Shown piece by piece: positions 49,615 to 58,010 of a stretch of DNA of 64,000 nt. The translations under genes were made by a program, and so were the position numbers. Location of the stretch: NCBI GenBank assembly GCA_963749215.1, contig CAVVMA010000015.1:277915-341914 (forward strand). Direction: 5' to 3'. Every line of letters starts with the position of its first letter. Position 1 is the stretch's first letter. The stretch is from an uncultured delta proteobacterium. Its GTDB lineage: Bacteria; Desulfobacterota; Binatia; Binatales; Binataceae. The notes beneath the pieces were generated by a model. That model was not told where the DNA came from, made no database searches, and saw only the letters and a program-made list of their open reading frames with translations.

Positions 49615-50089
49615 GAATGCTACCTCTTTGTGATGGCGCTCAACAGGCAGTTGACAGCGGGGAATCCACAGCGGGAATTCGCATTATCCACAGTCTGCAT
49701 TCAAGCGCGGCAATGCCACTTTCTGAGCCGCTTCCCATTCGTCCACGATCCCGACCATATCCTCCGTTCAGTGACCCCGGCTTCCATCGCTAGGGTAAAC
49801 GGCGCTTGCGCGCAAAGCGCGCCGAACATTCAAACTGAGACACTACCCCCGCGCGCAAGGGGCTGGTCTCATTTCGGGGATTAGAGAATACTGCATATAG
49901 ACGTAATATGCGCCGATACGGAGGGCAATGCGCCGGTCAGGCGGGCAATCGAAATTATACCCGCCTCGCCGCGAAATCTCGCATAGGGCGGTTCTCTTCG
50001 TCGTCACCTTTGGTAGCGACGGCGGCGTGCTGGTATTCCGGTGCGAAGGGCTAGCCGGAACAACGGCGAACGAAAAGGAGGAGCCAGAA

Positions 50090-50785
50090 GTGAGAACATG
50101 GAATGACGAACTGCGCGCGCAGATCGAAGCGCTCAGCCGGGCAGTTGCATCCAAGCTCTGGTTGCTGGAAGACAAAACCCGCAGCACCCCGCGCCTGAGG
50201 TGGCCGACGGATGGCAAGTCTGAGCCACGGGTCAGCGAACAAGAGGCGCGCATTCTCTTCTGCCAAGAGTTGGAAAACTCGCGCTGGTATTACTCCGTGG
50301 AGACGCCTACGCAGGGAAAATTTCGGGAGAAGGGAGCGAAGAAACTGAGCGCGAGGGTAGACCTTAGCCTTTACAAGGGCATCGACTCCGAACCATGTGT
50401 AAACATAGAGTTCAAATGCAACAACCCCGAAAGCTCCGGCTTCGAGCACGACTTTGAGAAGCTGCTACGTGAACAACCTTGCTCAGTCTGGTTTGGCGTG
50501 ATCGTGAGTCAGGCCCGCCTTCCACGGGTCTTGGAAAGCATTCCAGCCGCATTCGCCAGGTTGGATACGAATCATAAGATTCTCTCACCCCTCAATCGCG
50601 AGGTGTTGTTCCAACTCTGCGTTTTGGAGAGTGGCCGTCAGGAACTTTTCCAAGGTCGCCTGCAATTCGATGGCACGCTGGGCGATTCGCTTGAGAACAT
50701 TAACCGATTCTTCAAGTGGGAAAGCCTTCGGCTTCCAAGCGGCGGATGGAAACGCTTTGCGCCTGGCGGAGAGTTGCTCCATTGA
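50090..50785 (+). CDS. PD-(D/E)XK restriction-endonuclease-like protein
   Basis: SEQE helix, SVETPT, RVDL, IEFK, DFEKL; GTG start after AAGGAGG. Confidence 0.7.
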   Translation: MRTWNDELRAQIEALSRAVASKLWLLEDKTRSTPRLRWPTDGKSEPRVSEQEARILFCQELENSRWYYSVETPTQGKFREKGAKKLSARVDLSLYKGIDSEPCVNIEFKCNNPESSGFEHDFEKLLREQPCSVWFGVIVSQARLPRVLESIPAAFARLDTNHKILSPLNREVLFQLCVLESGRQELFQGRLQFDGTLGDSLENINRFFKWESLRLPSGGWKRFAPGGELLH

Positions 50786-50974
50786 TGGCTCGCGCTGGTA
50801 GCGCTGCATGAATGACATAGACGGGGCTGTGCTTGCGAGGGGAGATGGATCGCACGTTCAAATCGTACATCGACAGGCTTCATCCCAAGTTGGATGAGTT
50901 GATGAAGATGGCAGCAGGCAAGATAAACACGTTGCCCGTGAACGCGCCTGCGCGGTTTTTTTAGGCGGCTCAGA

Positions 50975-52325
50975 GTGGCGATACCAAGACGTAGACAGCG
51001 CGGGAGGGGTCGGCGCAATCCGCGTCTAGCCGCGATTGGTCCTTGTGGACCGCGTGAGCACCTACTGACCAAGCGCAAGACGACGGTCGGGAGCGCGAGC
51101 AACAATGACTTGGTCGTCCTTGGCGGCAGGGTCTCTCGCTGTCATGCGCTGATCAAACGGCGGCTCGGAAGCTACAGAGTGATCGACCTTGAATCGACCA
51201 ACGGTACTTTCATCAACGGCCGGCGCGTCCAAGCAGCGCCGATTGCCAGAGGCGACGAGCTACGCTTCGGCGCAGTGCGGTTTGCGTTTCTGGACCCGCC
51301 CGGAACCCGCGAGCTGAAAAGGCCCGTTTCCCTGACCACGACACTCGGGCTCCTGCTCGTAATTTTCGCGGCTGGGTTCGCACTCACGCAACACTTCGTC
51401 AACCGCGTGCTTTCAGACAAGTTGTTGCGTACGCAGCGGACGGAATCAGAAAACGAAGCGGCCCTTTCGAGACGGGTTGCAACTGCCGAGGCTGAGGCAA
51501 CTAAGGACAGCGCTCTCGCGAAGCAGCCGGACTGGCTTTGGCGCATAAACTACTACCGACGCATGGCGCGTCTTCCCGCCGTCACGGAAGACCCTTCCTT
51601 GAGCGACGGCGACTTCAAGCATTCGCGCTACTTGGTCAAGCGGATGATCCGAACTGGTGCGCCCGCCGTAGGGGCGGAAGCGCACTCGGAAGACCCAAGC
51701 GACCCTTGGTACACGCCCGAAGGTTTGCAGGCAGCGCAACGCAGCGACGTTCAAGGGGCGGGAGAGTTTTCAGGCGTAGACGCTGTGGACGCTTGGGTCA
51801 ACGTTCCCCTGCATCGCCTGTCAATCCTGTACCCCTATCTGCTGAGCGCGGGTTATGGCTACTATTGCGAATCGAGAAGCTGTGAGGCAGCCCTCGCAAC
51901 CCAGCCACAGCCATCGTTCCCCCGGACGAGCACAGGACCATCGCCGGTTGAGTTTCCCCCCGATGGTGCCTCTGTACCAATCGGCAGATTTAGCGGCGCG
52001 GAATGGCCTGAGCCGCTTACGAGCTGCCGCGGCTACAGCGCGCCGGTCGGCTATCCTATAACGCTTCAATTTGATTGGCGCTTAGTGCCGCAGCTTTCGG
52101 CATATTCGGTGAGCCGTGACGGGAAGCCCATTGAAGTCTGCGGCTTCGACTCGTCGAACTACAGAAACCCTGATACATGCTACTCAAGCCTGGGCTCGGA
52201 ACGTGTTGAGGGGCTCTGGCGCGGTGGTGTTGATCCCACGTGAGCCCCTCGCTCACCAAGCAAGGTACACCGTGTCCGTCACCGCAAGCGGGCAAACCTA
52301 CGTTTGGAATTTTTCGGTCAAATAA
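50975..52325 (+). pseudogene. FHA domain + TM + CAP(SCP) domain protein, frameshifted near 52175
   Basis: FHA motifs VG..SRCH..STNGTFING; CAP motifs INYYR, HSRY, AHSE, HRL. The C-terminus continues in ORF 52116-52325 (LIPREPL..YTVSV). Confidence 0.75.
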
Positions 52326-52519
52326 CTCGGGCCGTTTGTCGGCCAAACCGCGTGCAGATGTTTCCTCTTTGGTCAAGTGAAGCAGAGCGGTAGGCGAGCC
52401 GAACCGCGCGACGCTCCGCCAAGAGAAGACTCTTGGCCTTCGCGCCGCATCGCGGCCCGGCTCGCGATCCAAAATTAGTGTAAGGTGCGTGGTCGCGCGT
52501 TCCTGTGTGGCGACTTCGA

Positions 52520-52581
52520 GGGGCAACTTTCCCGCCTTGCTCTCCAATCAGCGCTTAGGAGAGCAAGGGGGAAAGCTGCTC
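52520..52581. other. Long hairpin downstream of rep, candidate single-strand origin
   Basis: GGGGCAACTTTCCCGCCTTGCTCTCC pairs with GGAGAGCAAGGGGGAAAGCTGCTC; further stems lie at 52394-52466. Confidence 0.45.
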
Positions 52582-52603
52582 TGGCGAGAGCGGTGACGGC
52601 CCG

Positions 52604-53443
52604 CTAGGCCGCCGGCGCATCGGGAGCCGCGCGAGCGAACGCATTGCAGCCGGCCACGAAGTCGGAGGACGCGCCGCAGCGACAAAAGGTTGTACGGCAG
52701 ATACAACCCGGCGCACGCTCATGCGGCGGCGCGTCGGCCATGCGGATCACAAGCTGCGGGTCGGGGAGCGGGAGCGCCGGCGGCGCGACCGGCGACCAGT
52801 ACCAGTCGGGATTCTTGTCGGGGCGCTGCATTTGCGCCCGCGCCTTGCGGCTCGCACCCCATCGCCGCGCGCCCTTCGGCCAGTCAGATTGCGACGTTGT
52901 GTCTTTGGTCGCATACCGGAGCGCTTTCAGCGCGTAGCGATGAACGCTCTCGCCGCGACCGTGGCCGTTGCGCAACCGCGCCCCGGCTCCGACCCGCGAG
53001 ATGTTGACAACGCGCCCGAAGCCGCACGCTTCGGCTGCGTCGGCAAGCCATGCCTGATCAACCCAATCCTCGTCCCACAGAACGTTGAGATGGAGACGCC
53101 CTGTCCCGCTTCCGTGCGTGTTATGCTCGCGTGCCCAAGCCAGCGCGAAGCGATGCCCGAATTTGCGGAAGAGCCGCTCTTCGAGGCGACGCTTGGCGGC
53201 ACTCTGCGCAAGCAGGTTCTCTCGTTTGTTCCAGTCTCCGCGATCGGGCGGCATCGTGAACACCACCAACGCGCGCACGCCCTTCAGTTGCTCCCAGCGC
53301 TTCTGCACCGCGCGCCCATACACCCACGCGCAGTATTTGCACTCGCGCCAAGACTTGCAGCGCGCGGCGATCACTTGGCCCGTTAACTGATTGACGAGCA
53401 CGCCACGCCCGCGCTCGCAGCGCGTGCGATGGACTTTCTCCAT
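52604..53443 (-). CDS. HUH rolling-circle replication initiator (Rep)
   Basis: N-terminal C..C..CxxC, motif I VFTMP, motif II LHLNVL, motif III YALKALRYATKD. Confidence 0.85.
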   Translation of the reverse strand: MEKVHRTRCERGRGVLVNQLTGQVIAARCKSWRECKYCAWVYGRAVQKRWEQLKGVRALVVFTMPPDRGDWNKRENLLAQSAAKRRLEERLFRKFGHRFALAWAREHNTHGSGTGRLHLNVLWDEDWVDQAWLADAAEACGFGRVVNISRVGAGARLRNGHGRGESVHRYALKALRYATKDTTSQSDWPKGARRWGASRKARAQMQRPDKNPDWYWSPVAPPALPLPDPQLVIRMADAPPHERAPGCICRTTFCRCGASSDFVAGCNAFARAAPDAPAA

Positions 53444-53576
53444 CGCGTTGCGCAGCGCCCGATTCTCGCCGCGCCACCAACGCTCAAGCGCTTCCTCGAT
53501 CTGTTCAACAGTGAGGCTCGGCAGATCGAGCCGCGAAGTGAACGAAGCCAGCTTTGCAAGTACGTCGCGCGTGCAC

Positions 53577-53783
53577 TCAGCTCAGTTCGGGTAGGTCGAA
53601 ATCGAAGTCATAAGACGCGGAGTGCGGGCAGCCGCACGCGTGGCCAGAATGCTCGCATTCGTGGCCATCGTGTCCGCGCGCGCATGACTCATCGCAGTTG
53701 ACCGCGTGTCCGACCGCGCACAGGCCGCGCGCGAGTGCGAGGAACGGTCTCTCGCTCTCTCCGATACCGGCGTGTTCGTCCAT
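53577..53783 (-). CDS. Small Cys/His-rich hypothetical protein upstream of rep
   Basis: MDEHAG...CAVGHAVNCDESCARGHDGHECEHSGHACGCPH... Confidence 0.35.
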   Translation of the reverse strand: MDEHAGIGESERPFLALARGLCAVGHAVNCDESCARGHDGHECEHSGHACGCPHSASYDFDFDLPELS

Positions 53784-53788
53784 CGGCG

Positions 53789-53808
53789 AGTGCCAACAAA
53801 GTGCCAAC
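53789..53808 (+). repeat. Probable integrase arm-type site (right)
   Basis: AGTGCCAACAAAGTGCCAAC. Confidence 0.75.
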
Positions 53809-53871
53809 TACTAGCCCCGTTTTTTCGCCCGTCTTCCGGCGCTCGACCCTTGAAAATGCTTGGGTTTTTTG

Positions 53872-53906
53872 CGCCGGAAGGTTCGACTCCTTCCCCCCTC
53901 CGCCAC
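53872..53906 (+). repeat. attR core (duplicated tRNA-Sec 3' end)
   Basis: Identical to 46458-46492. Confidence 0.93.
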
Positions 53907-53971
53907 GCAATTGAGTCTTCCGTCACAATCGCCCGCGCGGCGCGAAAATCCGCACCCGAGCGTCCCTGAAG

Positions 53972-54379
53972 TTACCAGCTTTCAGTCAAAATCAGCACCT
54001 GGCCCTCGAGCCCGGCCTCGCGATGCACGCCGATCGCCTGCACTTCCGGCGAGGTCGCGATGCGCTGGAAGGCAGCGCGTGACGGATACTCCATTATCGC
54101 GGCGACGTCCCACACTTCACCCACCTCTCCGATCACCACGCCCTTGACTGTGCCGACGAATAATATGCTGCCGCCCTCGCGCTCGACGATTTTGCTCATC
54201 GCGGTCGCATAGCGCTGGTAGGCTTCGAAGCCCGAGATATCGTCGGGCCGTCCGTCCTTGTACAACGCCTTCTTGCGGAACTTGAGCAAGTTCAGCATCG
54301 CGATTGGGGTTGGTGAGGGGTCCTGAGCGAGTGCCCGCAATCCGTCGGCGGTTGGATATACCGCGTTTTCTACCTTCAT
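53972..54379 (-). CDS. DUF1330 family protein
   Basis: MLNLLKFR, AYQRY, WDVAAIMEYPSR, HREAGL. Confidence 0.85.
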   Translation of the reverse strand: MKVENAVYPTADGLRALAQDPSPTPIAMLNLLKFRKKALYKDGRPDDISGFEAYQRYATAMSKIVEREGGSILFVGTVKGVVIGEVGEVWDVAAIMEYPSRAAFQRIATSPEVQAIGVHREAGLEGQVLILTESW

Positions 54380-54413
54380 CTCTCTCCCTCCGGCTGATCT
54401 GAACGAGCGCTGC

Positions 54414-55319
54414 TTATTTGGTTGAGGCTGTGAAGGCGTGCAGCAAGTCGGCAATTTCCTGCGGTTTATCCTCCTGCAGGAAGTGGCCCGCGTCCGTGAT
54501 GGTCACGTGCTTTTGGCCTTTGGCCCCCGGAACACGCTCCTGAAAGCGCGCCTCGCCGCCCTTGGTAACCGGATCCGAATCGCTGAACGCCGTCAGAAAG
54601 GGGTTGGTGAAACCCTCCAGAACCTTCCATGCGGCCTTGTTCTCGGCCACTGAGGCGTGTTGCGGCGTAATCGGGACCAAGGCCGGAAAGCGGCGCGCGC
54701 CCGCCTTGAACGATTCGTCCGGAAAGGGAGCGTCGTAAGCTGCTTTTTCGGCCTCGCTCAGGCCACGGCGGCATCCCATGCTGACGATCTGCCCGATAGG
54801 CAACGTGGGCGTGTTCTGGCTGAATTCGAGCCATCGCATGAAAGCGTCGGAAAATCCCTCGCCGGTCGGCAGCCCGGTATTGGCGACCACTACGCGCGCG
54901 AATCGATCAGGAAACGCGGCCACCAACCTGAGGCCGATCAGACCGCCCCAGTCCTGGCAGAAGAGCGTGATGTCCGACAGGCGCATCGCGCTGAGCCAAT
55001 CGCTCATCCATCGCACGTGCCGCTCGAAGGTGTAATCAAGCGGATCGGCCGGCTTGTCCGAGCGGCCGAAGCCGACCAGATCCGGCGCGACGACGCGATG
55101 GCCGCGTGGGGCGAGGCTCGCGACGATCCGGCGATAGAGAAACGACCATGACGGTTCGCCATGCAGCAGCAGCACCGGCGCGGCGCCGCGCGGTTCCTCG
55201 TCGATACAGCAAATCCGGATCGCGCCGGCATCCGGATCAGGCACTTCGAGATAGTTGGGCGCGAAAGGAAATTCCGGCAGTCCCTGAAATCTCGAATCGG
55301 GCGTTCTGAGTATCTTCAT
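54414..55319 (-). CDS. Haloalkane dehalogenase
   Basis: [35 protein letters not shown]. Confidence 0.93.
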   Translation of the reverse strand: MKILRTPDSRFQGLPEFPFAPNYLEVPDPDAGAIRICCIDEEPRGAAPVLLLHGEPSWSFLYRRIVASLAPRGHRVVAPDLVGFGRSDKPADPLDYTFERHVRWMSDWLSAMRLSDITLFCQDWGGLIGLRLVAAFPDRFARVVVANTGLPTGEGFSDAFMRWLEFSQNTPTLPIGQIVSMGCRRGLSEAEKAAYDAPFPDESFKAGARRFPALVPITPQHASVAENKAAWKVLEGFTNPFLTAFSDSDPVTKGGEARFQERVPGAKGQKHVTITDAGHFLQEDKPQEIADLLHAFTASTK

Positions 55320-55414
55320 GTTACATCTCCGTCAGGCCGGGCATTATCGCGACCGGCAGTTGACATCACGATCCGCAAGTGGCTATTGCCAATCATAATA
55401 CTCGACCTGACGGT

Positions 55415-56224
55415 TCAGGACGATTTCATGGAGCGTTCCGCGGCCCGCGCGGCGGGCACTATGCGAAGAGCGTCGGGTAGCAGCGGCAACGTCAGCCAGA
55501 TTGCGGCCTCAGCGGCGTCGGACAGCATCCGGCTCGTGGAGTTCCATTTGATCCCGAACTGCTCGCGCAGCGGAGGCGGCAGCAGACCGGCCATCACGAC
55601 ATTGATCGCGTCGAAGGCGAATGACGGTATCAGTGGAATCGGCGGATAGAGGATGCTGCGAGCCAGCTCGCGCGCGGTCGCGCTCACCCGCACCGGTCCG
55701 CGCTCGATCATGTCGCGCATGTAACGCTGAAATTCGCCGAGCCCGGACGGTATCAGCGCGTCGGGAATCCTGAACAGGCGCGCGATCGTCTTGCTCTCCT
55801 GGTAGAACTGGCGCGCGTCACGCGCGCCGAGATCGCCGACCAGGCGCTGGTAGACCACCATCACGGTGTCCACCAGCGTCGCGTGCACCCAGAACAGAAG
55901 CTCGGGGTCGCGTGCATTGTAGGAAATACCGCCTGCAGGTACATCGGCGCCGGCCGGGCTTCGCACCCGCGCGTGAACCGAATCGACCTGCCGGTAGGCC
56001 GCCTCCGCCTGCTCGGCGGTTCCGAATGCAAGCGTGAACATGGGCTCGATAGTCCGGCGCAGCCGCCCGAAAGGATCTTGCTTGAAGTGGCTGTGCTCCG
56101 CGACCGCCGCGGCGACCGCCGGATGAGCGATCTGCATCAGGAGCGCCCGCCGGCCGCCGAGCAACATCACGGCTTCGCGCTGGAGGCGCCAGGCAACCCC
56201 ATTTGGGTTCATCAGTGTCGTCAT
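55415..56224 (-). CDS. Oxygenase MpaB / DUF2236 family protein
   Basis: GRRALLMQIAHP.V, HS.F..DP..RL.RT, Y.A.DPELL.WVHATL. Confidence 0.9.
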   Translation of the reverse strand: MTTLMNPNGVAWRLQREAVMLLGGRRALLMQIAHPAVAAAVAEHSHFKQDPFGRLRRTIEPMFTLAFGTAEQAEAAYRQVDSVHARVRSPAGADVPAGGISYNARDPELLFWVHATLVDTVMVVYQRLVGDLGARDARQFYQESKTIARLFRIPDALIPSGLGEFQRYMRDMIERGPVRVSATARELARSILYPPIPLIPSFAFDAINVVMAGLLPPPLREQFGIKWNSTSRMLSDAAEAAIWLTLPLLPDALRIVPAARAAERSMKSS

Positions 56225-56511
56225 CGTTACGCGCTCTCGCACCAACGCTTGCGAGCACTTTAAGAGAATACCATCGCCGGCGTTGCAGTGCTGCGATCTG
56301 CGGTTGCCTTCTTAGCCGCCATTTCACCGCCGATTAATTCGCACGTCATCGGCGGCTGCTACTTATTATACCCCGGAACTACGAGTCCGCGGCCTTGCGG
56401 CAGCGCAAGGCTCCACAAACAAAGCGCGCGAAACGGTTTCGATTGGGGCGCGCAGGATTCCGCAACATCCGCGCACAAGAGCTGCGCGGGAAGATCGAGG
56501 AGGACATTTCG

Positions 56512-57393
56512 ATGCGAAGGCTTTTATTGTCTGTGATGGTGGGCGCGCTCGGATGGGCGCTGCTGGCTCCGGCGCCGGCATTTGCCCAGTTCGACGTGAC
56601 ACATATCAAGGGAACGTACATCTCGTCGTTCAAATTGAACCTCAATGACCAGGCGAGCGAGGGAACCTTCGTTCCAAGCTCTGGCCTTCAACAGGTCGTA
56701 CATGCCATTGGGCTCGACGTCGGCAAGGGGACCAAGGTGTGCCCGATGCTTTCGCTTCCCAGCGGTATTTCAACCACCGACATAAAGACCGTAGCCACGA
56801 GCATTCTCTTCGGGCCAGGTGACATCATGTCGGGCGTCTTTCAAACCACCTATGACGGCGCGGGGAGCGTGATTGGAGAAGCCGACTTCAACGTATTCAA
56901 GGATGGTGCATACGCCAAGACCAAGAGTCTCCAGGCTCTGAATGGCGTCAACGGCGGGTTCACCAGCAGAATTTGCGGTGGCAAGAATGCGCAAACGGAA
57001 GACCAAAAGAGATGTGGACCGGTCTGCACGATTACAGACTCGAAGATGTCGCCTTACAACTGCGCCCTTACATATCCGGGCAGTAGCGGCAGCGAACCCA
57101 ACGAGGGTGGAGGCGGTTACACGACAGACGCTGACGCTACGATAAGCACTGTGACCTCGCCGACCCCCAACAGCGTAGCCTCGATAAGCGTGTTGCATTT
57201 CTATATCTCGGCCTTCGGGCTGTGCGGCACCGGGGTAAACTCGTTCGCCCAGTGCTGCAACGACCCGGCCCTCGACCTCATCATGCACATCCCGACCGTC
57301 AACGCCCCCGGTACCGGCAATGTCACGCAGAGCTTCGGCGTGGTAGGCGATCCGTGGGCGAGCGGCATCGTGAATAGCGTGTTCTCCGAATAG
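56512..57393 (+). CDS. Secreted Cys-containing hypothetical protein
   Basis: GAGGAGG RBS, signal peptide ending AFA, eight Cys, Gly/Ser/Thr-rich. Confidence 0.7.
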   Translation: MRRLLLSVMVGALGWALLAPAPAFAQFDVTHIKGTYISSFKLNLNDQASEGTFVPSSGLQQVVHAIGLDVGKGTKVCPMLSLPSGISTTDIKTVATSILFGPGDIMSGVFQTTYDGAGSVIGEADFNVFKDGAYAKTKSLQALNGVNGGFTSRICGGKNAQTEDQKRCGPVCTITDSKMSPYNCALTYPGSSGSEPNEGGGGYTTDADATISTVTSPTPNSVASISVLHFYISAFGLCGTGVNSFAQCCNDPALDLIMHIPTVNAPGTGNVTQSFGVVGDPWASGIVNSVFSE

Positions 57394-57437
57394 ATGGCCC
57401 AACCGCACCGGCGCGAGCCTGTGCGTGGCAGGAGGGC

Positions 57438-57478
57438 CACCGGAATGGCCGCCCGGCGTCCCGGGCGGCCTTCCGGTG
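57438..57478 (+). terminator. GC-rich hairpin after the secreted-protein gene
   Basis: CACCGGAA-TGGCCGCCCGG / CCGGGCGGCC-TTCCGGTG; weak U-tract. Confidence 0.45.
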
Positions 57479-57566
57479 TGTTGCGCGCAACCTGCGCAGG
57501 GCGCTCGCGCGATCGGAATATGAAGTGGCTATCACTACGGCTATGCATGGAGAAGTGAGAAGTACA

Positions 57567-57920
57567 ATGAGAACGCGTGGATGGGTAACTATAGCTGTTT
57601 TACTAATCACGCTCGCCGTGTCGGGATGCAGCCATCGCCTGGTCGCCGGCGACGGCCAAGCTACGGTCAAGGTGTACCAGAACGAGGACGTGTACAATGC
57701 GGCGGTTCACATTAAACGGGCGCTGGGCATCCAGAAGACCGACGGGGCGGAGAAGTTTGCCGCATTCTTGAATATGCTGGCGGAGCACGAGTCCAAAGAC
57801 GTCGAAAGCGAGACCCGGGTCAAGATAGTTTCCAGCGACGCCGTAGGCGCCAGCGTCGAACTGCTCGAAGGCCCCGATAAAGGCTACAAGGGCTTCGTAC
57901 CGCGAGGAAATCTTCGTTAG
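57567..57920 (+). CDS. Hypothetical lipoprotein
   Basis: Lipobox VSGC; SH3-like C-terminus (VELLEGP..G.KGFV). Confidence 0.7.
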   Translation: MRTRGWVTIAVLLITLAVSGCSHRLVAGDGQATVKVYQNEDVYNAAVHIKRALGIQKTDGAEKFAAFLNMLAEHESKDVESETRVKIVSSDAVGASVELLEGPDKGYKGFVPRGNLR

Positions 57921-58010
57921 AAGCGGCGGGATGGGTGAGCCTCCGTATACGGGGCGAGGCGGAGAAGTCTGCCAATTATCTTTGGTGTTGCGCTTTGGCT
58001 GGGAGTTATT

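Larger units (their letters stand above)
49031..49847. mobile_element. Non-autonomous IS-derived cassette (MITE/MIC) with a passenger gene
   Basis: Perfect 18-bp TIRs GGTAGTGTCTCAGTTTGA (49031-49048, 49830-49847) and 8-bp TSD CCCGCGCG (49023-49030, 49848-49855); no transposase inside. Confidence 0.9.
46458..53906. mobile_element. 7.4-kb integrative rolling-circle element inserted in selC
   Basis: 35-bp perfect direct repeat of the tRNA 3' end at both ends, integrase at one end and HUH Rep at the other, arm-site repeats inside both ends. Confidence 0.9.

Noticed and set aside
46458-53906. Filamentous prophage (inovirus) interpretation
   Set aside because: No Zot/pI ATPase and no run of small single-TM coat genes.
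53872-53906. Second tRNA gene
   Set aside because: Only the T-arm and 3' acceptor strand are present; it is attR.
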